Source of the DNA: an uncultured Candidatus Poseidoniales archaeon
Lineage (GTDB): Archaea; Thermoplasmatota; Poseidoniia; Poseidoniales; Thalassarchaeaceae
DNA length: 55,910 bases
NCBI GenBank assembly: GCA_964414525.1
Contig: CAYPWN010000002.1
Span: 1 to 55,910 of the forward strand
Direction: 5' to 3'
Shown: positions 35,089 to 42,200 of the stretch, one piece after another
How the letters are laid out: every line of letters begins with the position of its first letter
Position numbering within the stretch: the first letter of the stretch is position 1
Position numbers and translations under genes: made by a program
The notes under the pieces: model-generated
What the model was told of the DNA's origin: nothing
Database searches by the model: none
What the model saw: the letters and a program-made list of their open reading frames with translations, nothing else

Positions 35089-35790
35089 ATGGCGACAGTA
35101 GTTGTAGCCCTCGGTGGAAGCCTCCTGAGGCCCGAAGTCGAGCATCGTCACCGGTGGCTATTGGAGCTGGTTTCCATCCTCAGGGACAGGGTTGACTCAG
35201 GAGACAGGATTGGACTAGTTGTCGGTGGGGGGGCCCCAGCGCGAGAGGGAATTGACCTGGCTAAGCCGATAATCAGCGACATATCTCACCTAGACAGGAT
35301 AGGGATTGCCGCGACTAGGCTGAATGCTACGATTGTCAGAGAGGCTCTTGCAGACGAAGGGATTCCAGTCTCAGAAAGAATACCGGATAGCGTGGATGAA
35401 GCGGTTTCTGACCTCGAGTCTTCCGAGGTAGTGGTAATGGGGGGAACAGAACCCGGTCACACAACCGATGCCGTGGCAATCAGGCTAGCGATTAGTAGCG
35501 GAGCAGAAAAGTGCGTGATTGCCACCAACGTACCCAAAGTGTATGCAAGGGACCCTAGAGTGCATCCGCAATCAGAATCCTTCGACAACCTAACTCTTCA
35601 GCAGCTACAGGATATTGTTGGCCCTCCCGAGCACTCAGGAGCAGGTGGCTCACAAGTAGTAGACCCTGTGGGAGTGGGGGAGGCACTGTCAAATGGGCTC
35701 CCTCTTGACATACTGGATGGAAGGGACACCGGGAAGATAAGGAAGTCTCTAGAAGGGAAGAGATTCGATGGAACAACGGTGGGTGCCTGA
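35089..35790 (+). CDS. pyrH: UMP kinase, archaeal type
   Basis: 233 aa. 'VVVALGGSLL', 'VVGGGAPAR' and 'GGTEPGHTTDAVA' are amino-acid-kinase-fold signatures of archaeal PyrH. Confidence 0.88.
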   Translation: MATVVVALGGSLLRPEVEHRHRWLLELVSILRDRVDSGDRIGLVVGGGAPAREGIDLAKPIISDISHLDRIGIAATRLNATIVREALADEGIPVSERIPDSVDEAVSDLESSEVVVMGGTEPGHTTDAVAIRLAISSGAEKCVIATNVPKVYARDPRVHPQSESFDNLTLQQLQDIVGPPEHSGAGGSQVVDPVGVGEALSNGLPLDILDGRDTGKIRKSLEGKRFDGTTVGA

Positions 35791-36086
35791 TGGCCAGCAG
35801 GAAAGACACAATCATGAAGGCTGCCAAAAGGACGGCAAAGCAGGCCCAAGAGGCTGCTTCAAGGAGAGTTCCGAAGACAAGAAGAGAGGTCAATACAGAC
35901 CCTCACAGGCATTGCGTGGTTTGCTGGAAACCAATACCTCTGGAGAGTGATCCGGCAATCTGCCATGAAGAGGAGTGCGGGGGTATGCATGAAAGAAGGG
36001 AAAGGTCCAGAAGAAGGTGGGCTTTCCTGATGTACTTAGGAATAGCGATTTTTGTGGGAATGCTTGCCTTCCAGATAGCTATCTAA
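35790..36086 (+). CDS. Small zinc-ribbon protein with a C-terminal TM helix (DUF2116-like)
   Basis: 98 aa. The start overlaps the pyrH stop. The N-terminus is basic, and 'HCVVCWKPIP...ICHEEEC' supplies four Cys. The C-terminal TM is 'WAFLMYLGIAIFVGMLAFQIAI'. Confidence 0.5.
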   Translation: MASRKDTIMKAAKRTAKQAQEAASRRVPKTRREVNTDPHRHCVVCWKPIPLESDPAICHEEECGGMHERRERSRRRWAFLMYLGIAIFVGMLAFQIAI

Positions 36087-36133
36087 TCATGTGGGCGTCA
36101 GATTGAATGGTACAAGTGTAGGGAGATGGAAGA

Positions 36134-36718
36134 ATGATGGTCAGACTCCTATCGGTTCTTCCCGGGATTATCGGGGTCATTTGCGCCTTGATTGTTTTAC
36201 TCAGCCTAATCGGCTACCAACCCGACGAGTCTGGCTCAGAGGTCCCAGTTGTGCCATGCTCAGGTGATGATGTGGGGTGTAACGTTGGAATGACAGGGGA
36301 AGACATGGTGGTACCTCTTGCATTCATCCTACTGGACATAGAGTTGGAAGTTGACTGGAACGAACCAGACAGGGGTTGGATAGGGGTTGTGGATGCTGCA
36401 GCCGCGCAGGACTGCCCTCCCGACTCTAACGGGCTAACTCAATGCAATGCCGATGATATCGAAGGTTTCCTAGTATCCGGGGGGCCCCAATCATCCGGCT
36501 CTATGGAGTTCCAGGTCGACCCAGGATCTTACCGATTCGTGGCCGGAGGATACGAGGGTTCGGGGCTAGACTCGCAAATGGTGGTAATGAAGACTAGCGT
36601 TCACCTAAGCAACTACGCAGAGATATTTCTTGCCGTTACCTCTGTTCTCCTGCTTGCAGGAGCAGGAGAGATGGCTTTTCCCGTTAGGAACCTCCTGAGT
36701 CGCTTCAGAGGCTCTTAG
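36134..36718 (+). CDS. Hypothetical membrane-anchored protein (N- and C-terminal TM helices)
   Basis: 194 aa. It has an N-terminal TM 'LLSVLPGIIGVICALIVLLSLIG', an acidic extracytoplasmic middle with several Cys, and a C-terminal TM 'IFLAVTSVLLLAGAG'. I recognised no family. Confidence 0.55.
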   Translation: MMVRLLSVLPGIIGVICALIVLLSLIGYQPDESGSEVPVVPCSGDDVGCNVGMTGEDMVVPLAFILLDIELEVDWNEPDRGWIGVVDAAAAQDCPPDSNGLTQCNADDIEGFLVSGGPQSSGSMEFQVDPGSYRFVAGGYEGSGLDSQMVVMKTSVHLSNYAEIFLAVTSVLLLAGAGEMAFPVRNLLSRFRGS

Positions 36719-36766
36719 TGGATCAGGGTCAGTATCGTTGAATAACCCCTGCTCAGTGGGTGTTGT

Positions 36767-36883
36767 GTGCAAGTAGCCAAGTGCCCCAACTGTGGTTCTG
36801 AGATAGACGTCACCGGACTGTCCGAATCGTACGGTGGATACAACTTCTACTGTGTTGTTTGCGGCCATACCTGGCACGTCTGA
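36767..36883 (+). CDS. Candidate 38-aa CPxCG-type zinc-ribbon micro-protein (below the ORF-track length cutoff)
   Basis: Hand translation from the GTG at 36767 gives MQVAKCPNCGSEIDVTGLSESYGGYNFYCVVCGHTWHV*. It has two CxxC knuckles ('CPNC', 'CVVC') and a TGA stop at 36881-36883. It fills the 168-bp gap between two convergent genes. Confidence 0.45.
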   Translation: MQVAKCPNCGSEIDVTGLSESYGGYNFYCVVCGHTWHV

Positions 36884-36886
36884 GTA

Positions 36887-37939
36887 TCAGATTCCTGCTT
36901 GGCCCAAGTTATCATCCTCCCTTGGCCAATGCTCAGGAAGTGAGAGTGGGTCTTCTATCTCATCGGCGGCTATGATGTCAATCAGATTGCCCCTCAGATG
37001 GTCAAGTCCATCCTCCGTGTGGGAACTAATGGTGTGATCGTCATCTTCCGAGTTCGACTCTGTTATGTCTGACTTGGTCCCCACTACCAATACAATTCTT
37101 TCCGACATCAGGCCCCTAACTTCGGCTAGTAAACTCTCTTGCTCTGAGATTGGGGTGGTGGATTGCTCCGATCGGTCTATGAGGAAAAGCAGGACGTCTC
37201 CAAGGTGTTCTAGGGCTGCAATTGCCTGCATCTCAATCTGGTTCCTCTCGTCCATCGGGCGGTCCAGAAGTCCTGGCGTATCCACCATCTGGTACACTCT
37301 CCTCCTGTGAGTGAAGTGCCCCAAGTGAAGCTGTTTGGTTGTGAATGGGTAGGAGGCCACCTGGGGCTCCCCACTGGACATTGCCTCGATTAGTGCAGAT
37401 TTTCCCACATTTGGAGATCCGGCTACTACGATGCAGGGTTCTAGGGGGTCTATCGAAGGGAGTTTTCGAAGGGTGTTCCTTGCATCCCCTAGCCACAAAA
37501 TCTGTGGAGATATCTGGTCGATAACTGAAGAAAGCCTCCCATACGCATGCCTCCTCGCCTTGTGGAAACCGTCTATGTCCCTCAGCCTGAGGATCTTTGA
37601 CTGGGCCTCTCCTGAGATTCTCTGTGCCCTCTCTGCAGCCCATTGGAGAGCGCCTAGGTTCCTCTTGTAGTCATCACATCCAACAGCAGCATCCACCAGA
37701 GCCCTATCAAACTCCGTTAGAGCATTCAAGCTGGGCCATCTATCGACGTAGGAGTTCAGAGTCTTGGCCGCAACGTCGCATGCTGACTGAACCATTCTAG
37801 TCATTTGCTTTCTGACCCTGTGGTACTTATCGGGATCTTCGACTAAATCGGACTGACTGCTGGCCCTACCAAATGCTTTGTCGAGTATCTCCTGGGGATA
37901 AAGAACAGTTGGGATCGACCTCCACTCGACTGACGCCAT
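36887..37939 (-). CDS. NOG1-family GTP-binding protein
   Basis: 350 aa. An N-terminal helical NOG1 domain precedes G1 'VAGSPNVGKSALI', G3 'DTPGLLDRP' and G4 'GTKSD'. Confidence 0.85.
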   Translation of the reverse strand: MASVEWRSIPTVLYPQEILDKAFGRASSQSDLVEDPDKYHRVRKQMTRMVQSACDVAAKTLNSYVDRWPSLNALTEFDRALVDAAVGCDDYKRNLGALQWAAERAQRISGEAQSKILRLRDIDGFHKARRHAYGRLSSVIDQISPQILWLGDARNTLRKLPSIDPLEPCIVVAGSPNVGKSALIEAMSSGEPQVASYPFTTKQLHLGHFTHRRRVYQMVDTPGLLDRPMDERNQIEMQAIAALEHLGDVLLFLIDRSEQSTTPISEQESLLAEVRGLMSERIVLVVGTKSDITESNSEDDDHTISSHTEDGLDHLRGNLIDIIAADEIEDPLSLPEHWPREDDNLGQAGI

Positions 37940-38057
37940 GCCTCTTCCTCATTCACCGCCGCCACGGCATCGCACTTCAAGCATTAGCCGGGACGGAATT
38001 ATTGTGGTGAGCAATAACGACCCGCTTGTTTTTCTATGACTACCCGAACGAAGGGGT

Positions 38058-38507
38058 GTGTCCGGCAGTAGCAATGGTATGAAAATCGGCGATTTGCCCG
38101 ATTGGGCAGTCAGGTTCCACGAAGAATATGGTTCTCCGAATCTTAATGATCTCAGTGACGTTTTCCACGGCCCTCTGATGGACAGGAAATATGGCCTAAG
38201 AAAGGATGACCTCGTGGAGGTACTGATGGATCGTAGGATGCTACCAGAGGACAGGGATCCCTTTGTCAGGGGAATGATGGTTGGGGGCAGGAGCACTTCT
38301 ATCGACATTCTCGACGAGGACGGGGAGTTCAGATCGATATCCAGAGACGTGATCGTAGAAGTAAAGCTTGTTTCCCACCTTAGGAGGGCATACATAGAGG
38401 ACAAGGAGCTTCTGAAATTCGAAAGGGACGACATGAAGCGGAGATCAGAGGTGCACGAGATGGCAGAGAATACAAGCGAGGACCATGGTAGCAACCTCTG
38501 GGGGTGA
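38058..38507 (+). CDS. Hypothetical protein
   Basis: 149-aa ORF starting at GTG 38058, with an alternative ATG at 38079. Its composition is acidic and coding-like. The fully overlapping minus-strand ORF is S/L-rich and judged a shadow. I recognised no family. Confidence 0.5.
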   Translation: MSGSSNGMKIGDLPDWAVRFHEEYGSPNLNDLSDVFHGPLMDRKYGLRKDDLVEVLMDRRMLPEDRDPFVRGMMVGGRSTSIDILDEDGEFRSISRDVIVEVKLVSHLRRAYIEDKELLKFERDDMKRRSEVHEMAENTSEDHGSNLWG

Positions 38508-38511
38508 CGGT

Positions 38512-38838
38512 ATGGGGAGTCTGTCAGCGAAAGATTGCATCCCGTGCGAAGGAGGGGTCCCTCCCCTTAGCGAAGAAGAGTCGAACGCCTTCTTAGCCCA
38601 AATAAACGAGGATTGGAGAATTGTGGATAACCACCACTTGACTCGCTCATGGGAGTTCCCTGACTTCTCGTCGGCGATGATTTTCACCAACTCCCTTGGC
38701 GATATATGCGAGGACCAGGGGCACCATGCGGACTTCGAGCTTGGATGGGGGAGAGTTGTTGCTCTGATTTACACTCACAAAATTGACGGGTTAACTGAGT
38801 CTGACTTTGTTCTGGCCTCCAAGTTCGACGATGTTTAG
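38512..38838 (+). CDS. Pterin-4-alpha-carbinolamine dehydratase (PCD/DCoH, COG2154)
   Basis: The ATG at 38512 lies just after the upstream stop. 'CIPCEGGVPPLSEEE...W', 'FTNSLGDICEDQGHHADFELGWGRVVALIYTHKIDGLTESDFVLASKFD' matches the GHHP...W..V...TH...GL...D signature. Confidence 0.85.
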   Translation: MGSLSAKDCIPCEGGVPPLSEEESNAFLAQINEDWRIVDNHHLTRSWEFPDFSSAMIFTNSLGDICEDQGHHADFELGWGRVVALIYTHKIDGLTESDFVLASKFDDV

Positions 38839-38864
38839 GTGATTTCTTGACGGAGGCATTCCGG

Positions 38865-39161
38865 ATGCACGTGTTCGTTTGCACCAACGAGAGGGATCAT
38901 TCTCACGCTAGAGGCAGTTGTGCGGCTAAGGGTTCACTGCAGATCATGACCAGACTCAAGAGGGCAGCAAGGCAGGCTGGATTGGGAGACGTTCGAGTAA
39001 ACAAGTCTGGTTGCCTTGACAAGTGTGAGAAGGGGCCATCTTGCGTTGTATACCCCGAAGGAACGTGGTACTCATTGCCTGATGATGAAGAGGGATTGGG
39101 CAATATTCTACGCCACATTAAGGGAGAAAAGCCATCGCAAGAACACCTCATGGGTGAGTGA
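38865..39161 (+). CDS. Thioredoxin-like [2Fe-2S] ferredoxin
   Basis: Starts at the ATG at 38865 (MHVFVCTNER). The Cys pattern 'FVCTN...GSCAAKG...SGCLDKCEKGP' is typical of the family. Confidence 0.75.
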   Translation: MHVFVCTNERDHSHARGSCAAKGSLQIMTRLKRAARQAGLGDVRVNKSGCLDKCEKGPSCVVYPEGTWYSLPDDEEGLGNILRHIKGEKPSQEHLMGE

Positions 39162-40178
39162 ATGAGGAAGGTAGTTTACCCAAAGATCGGTGGAGTCGAT
39201 TCGATTCAAATCGTGGATGGGCATGACCCGATTCCTGACGAAGGCGAGGTTTGCGTGAGGATTCATCGTGCCGGCATAAACTTCGCAGACCTAATGATGA
39301 GGCAGGGGCTGTACGGCTCAAACCCCGACTACCCATTCACCCCAGGATATGAGGCTGCAGGAGAAGTAATCTCGCTGGGGGGTGGAGTTGAAAGTATTAG
39401 CGAGGGACAGCGCGTACTGGCGATGACGGGGTTCGGGGGCTATTCGGAGATGGTGTGCTTGAACGCTTCTAGAGTGGTCCCCCTACCAGATTCGATATCT
39501 TATGATCAAGCAGCAGCGCTTCCTGTAACCTACGGCACGGCTTACCATATGCTGGTTCATCTAGGTAATCTGTCCGAAGGGGATACTGTCCTTGTCCACC
39601 ATGCTGCTGGAGGAGTGGGCACTGCAGTAGCACAGATCTGCGAAGCTTACAGAGTGTCAGAGGTAATTGGTACTGCATCGGCTCCAAAGAGAGATTTCGT
39701 AGAGTCACTGGGGATGCACTTCGTGGATAGCAAATCTGAGGACTTCGTCTCGATTTGCAAGTCACTGACCGAAGGAAGAGGTGTTCATCACGCCATCGAT
39801 CCGGTAGGTGGAAAGCATCTGATGCTCTCGTACAAAGCTCTACGCCGCGGAGGAAGATTGTACTGCTTCGGGGCCTCTTCTGCTGTCAAGGGCGATAAGC
39901 GCTCGCTGGCAAGGGCCATGGGGATGTGGGCATCGACACCCAAATTCGACCCGCTGAAGATGATGCGCTCGAATAAGGCGGTGTTCGGAGTCCACATGGG
40001 ACTGCTGGATGACGAGGCCATCTTCAAGGGGCATCTCGAAGCCCTCGCGAGCATGCTCCTCAAGGGCCAAATTGATCCTGTCATTGACTCAGTCTGGCGC
40101 TTCGAGCAGGTCGCTGAGGCTCAGAGGCACATGCATGATCGAAAGAATCGCGGGAAGATACTGCTGGACTTCTCGTAA
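39162..40178 (+). CDS. Medium-chain dehydrogenase/reductase, quinone oxidoreductase / VAT1-like
   Basis: 338 aa. The ATG abuts the ferredoxin stop (TGAATG). 'GINFADLMMRQGLY...PFTPGYEAAGEV', 'HAAGGVGTA' and the C-terminal 'RKNRGKILLDF' match the family. Confidence 0.82.
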   Translation: MRKVVYPKIGGVDSIQIVDGHDPIPDEGEVCVRIHRAGINFADLMMRQGLYGSNPDYPFTPGYEAAGEVISLGGGVESISEGQRVLAMTGFGGYSEMVCLNASRVVPLPDSISYDQAAALPVTYGTAYHMLVHLGNLSEGDTVLVHHAAGGVGTAVAQICEAYRVSEVIGTASAPKRDFVESLGMHFVDSKSEDFVSICKSLTEGRGVHHAIDPVGGKHLMLSYKALRRGGRLYCFGASSAVKGDKRSLARAMGMWASTPKFDPLKMMRSNKAVFGVHMGLLDDEAIFKGHLEALASMLLKGQIDPVIDSVWRFEQVAEAQRHMHDRKNRGKILLDFS

Positions 40179-40193
40179 TTTATTCACTCTGCC

Positions 40194-40481
40194 TCATCGT
40201 GAACAAGTTTCCGTTACAGACGAATTCGACGCCTTGGGGGATGTTGATGCCTCCGGCCCCCAAGAGGCACTTACAGCCTCTCCGATTGTCTGGTAATGGT
40301 CACTCTCTATCGCGGCATTCATCGTCCCCATGTCGGACCACATGCTTACTGCAAAGATTCTCTCGTCATACGCGACTAAAGCCCCTCTCAAGCATCCGTT
40401 CTCAATGGCGTAGTCGAGGAAGTTTTCCCTCCAAGTGCTCGCCATTTCTTCTGTTACTTCATTTCCACCGGTCTTTACCAC
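40194..40481 (-). CDS. Hypothetical protein, possibly ABM/dimeric alpha-beta-barrel-like, with an uncertain 5' end
   Basis: 95-aa ORF from a GTG. 'GCLRGALVAYDERIFAVSMWSDMGTMNAAIESDHY' resembles the second half of ABM domains. The in-frame sequence upstream of the GTG ('PISRYWV') looks like the missing first strand, but it has no canonical start codon. Confidence 0.35.
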   Translation of the reverse strand: MVKTGGNEVTEEMASTWRENFLDYAIENGCLRGALVAYDERIFAVSMWSDMGTMNAAIESDHYQTIGEAVSASWGPEASTSPKASNSSVTETCSR

Positions 40482-40594
40482 CCAGTACCTTGATATTGGC
40501 GTGGAAGGTAATTTCCGAAATTCCGTATAACGATTACTAAGTGATTTGCAATATTGAACGAGAAATACGACTTAACCCCTATTTAGAAGAGTTA

Positions 40595-41005
40595 TCAGAG
40601 TCTTACCGGCCGAGTGGCTCCGCATGCCTGGCACTTTAGCTGAGTAGTCCTGTCTTCCCTCACGAATCTGGTGTCCGGAGCCTTGCATTCGCCACATAGG
40701 ATGAATGTCTTGACGTAGGACACAATTTTCTCCTTGATCCTCTTTGGTGGGACCTTTCCCTTCAGCATGATTCGGACCTGCTCCCTGCTTCCAGAGGTCC
40801 CAAGCTCGTTTAGCAGGTACTGAAAAACGTGGTTTGCATCCCTATCCATTGCATCTACTATCTCTGAGAAGTTACGAAGTATAGTCTGACTCCCCTCTAT
40901 CATGATGTCTGGCTGTGGCATTGTCCACCTAGAACGCTCGCTAATATCCTTGGGAATCCTCTCCCTAGCCCTGTCTAGAAGGGACTCGTAATCTGGGTTG
41001 CTCAC
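40595..41005 (-). CDS. eif2b: Translation initiation factor aIF-2 beta subunit
   Basis: 136 aa. 'YEXLLDRA' type N-terminus and the C-terminal zinc ribbon 'ILCGECKAPDTRFVREDRTTQLKCQACG' are present. Confidence 0.9.
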   Translation of the reverse strand: MSNPDYESLLDRARERIPKDISERSRWTMPQPDIMIEGSQTILRNFSEIVDAMDRDANHVFQYLLNELGTSGSREQVRIMLKGKVPPKRIKEKIVSYVKTFILCGECKAPDTRFVREDRTTQLKCQACGATRPVRL

Positions 41006-41087
41006 AACCTTGCGACAATAGTGCTCCTTTTCACCTCACCGGGAAAGAATAGCGAACGGTCAAGGACTTGTTTTCACTCGTCAGTTT

Positions 41088-41537
41088 GTGCGAAGTGACG
41101 TGGTTGTCAAGATCGCGAGGACCGAGCCCGGCGCAAGAATGCCTACGAAGGGTAGCCAGCACGCAGCGGGTTGGGACCTCTACTCCTTGGAAGACACTGT
41201 GGTGCCCTTCAGGTCCAGCGTGAAGTTGAGGACCGGTTTGCACGTAGCCATTCCAGAAGGATTCGAGGGGCAGGTGAGGGCTCGGTCTTCTCTAGGTTCA
41301 AAGGGGCTGATTCTTCCCCATAGCATAGGGACGATAGACTCCGACTACAGAGGGGAGTTGTTCGTCCTAATGACCTGGATCGGCGAGGGCGACTCATACC
41401 TTGTAAAATCGGGAGAAAGGATAGCTCAGCTAGTCATCGCACCAATCCCAGAGATAGGCTTCTCCGAGGTTGACATGAAAGATCTAGGGTCAACAGAGAG
41501 GGGGGAAGGCGGATTCGGCAGTACCGGAAGATTCTGA
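41088..41537 (+). CDS. dut: dUTP diphosphatase (trimeric dUTPase)
   Basis: 149 aa from a GTG start. It carries motifs 'AAGWDLYS', 'GTIDSDYRGEL', 'GERIAQLVI' and the C-terminal 'RGEGGFGSTG'. Confidence 0.9.
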   Translation: MRSDVVVKIARTEPGARMPTKGSQHAAGWDLYSLEDTVVPFRSSVKLRTGLHVAIPEGFEGQVRARSSLGSKGLILPHSIGTIDSDYRGELFVLMTWIGEGDSYLVKSGERIAQLVIAPIPEIGFSEVDMKDLGSTERGEGGFGSTGRF

Positions 41538-41610
41538 ATACCAATAATTCGGTACGTGACAATAGTCTACTCCCGGTGGATTCATAGCACGGAAAGGCTG
41601 GCATGGAGCG

Positions 41611-42192
41611 ATGCACCTGAGCGTTGATGAACTGAGGGCCAAGGTAGACGAGTTTAGGTCCAGCGGGCTAACTACCCAGCAAATAGCGGACGAGCTTTCC
41701 CTGTCACAGACAACTGTGCAGTGGCTTTCTGCGAGCGATTACGAAGTAGATGACAAGCCATTGGATGTTAAGGTGGGATGGAGATCAATAGCAGTGAAGG
41801 GGGATCGGATTGAGGCGATTTCGTACATCATGAGCGACATAATAGAGGAGATGGCCGGTGAAGAGGTAGACACAATCGTCGGAGTCAGCATAAATGGAAT
41901 CGCGTTCGCGCAGTCCATCTCCTCCATGATGGGGCTGGAGTTATCTGTTGTCAGAAGCATTAGCGAAGACGTCAGCGGGCACCTCTCACAAGTTTACGCT
42001 AACGTCGAAGGCAAGAGGGTTGTAATCATAGACGACGTCTACTCAACTGGGACCACCATGAAGAAGACTTCCGCGGATCTGGGTGCCGCTGGGGCGGATG
42101 TCAAACTGTGCATGGTTTTCGTCAACAAGTCGTGGGACGACGATGTAGAGGGAGTGCCTCTTAGGGCACTGGTCAGAGCGGCTACGGTCTGA
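41611..42192 (+). CDS. HTH + phosphoribosyltransferase protein (PyrE-like / GfcR-type regulator family)
   Basis: 193 aa. An N-terminal HTH 'GLTTQQIADELSLSQTTVQWL' precedes a type I PRTase fold with the PRPP loop 'VVIIDDVYSTGTTM'. Confidence 0.7.
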   Translation: MHLSVDELRAKVDEFRSSGLTTQQIADELSLSQTTVQWLSASDYEVDDKPLDVKVGWRSIAVKGDRIEAISYIMSDIIEEMAGEEVDTIVGVSINGIAFAQSISSMMGLELSVVRSISEDVSGHLSQVYANVEGKRVVIIDDVYSTGTTMKKTSADLGAAGADVKLCMVFVNKSWDDDVEGVPLRALVRAATV

Positions 42193-42200
42193 GGTGAGTC

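Noticed and set aside
36605-36877. A 90-aa minus-strand ORF spanning the end of gene 36134-36718 and the following gap.
   Set aside because: It overlaps a better-supported plus-strand gene by 114 nt and has no recognisable features. The gap is better explained by the plus-strand CPxCG zinc-ribbon ORF.
37949-38494. A 181-aa minus-strand ORF almost completely overlapping the 149-aa plus-strand ORF 38058-38507.
   Set aside because: The minus-strand translation is a monotonous S/L/R-rich sequence with no motif. The plus-strand product has the acidic, balanced composition of the neighbouring real proteins and is phased with the downstream PCD gene. I cannot fully exclude the minus-strand ORF without homology data.
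40199-40540. A 113-aa plus-strand ORF opposite the ABM-like ORF.
   Set aside because: Its translation is S/P/L/R-rich and low in complexity. The minus-strand frame has more protein-like composition. Confidence in either frame is low.
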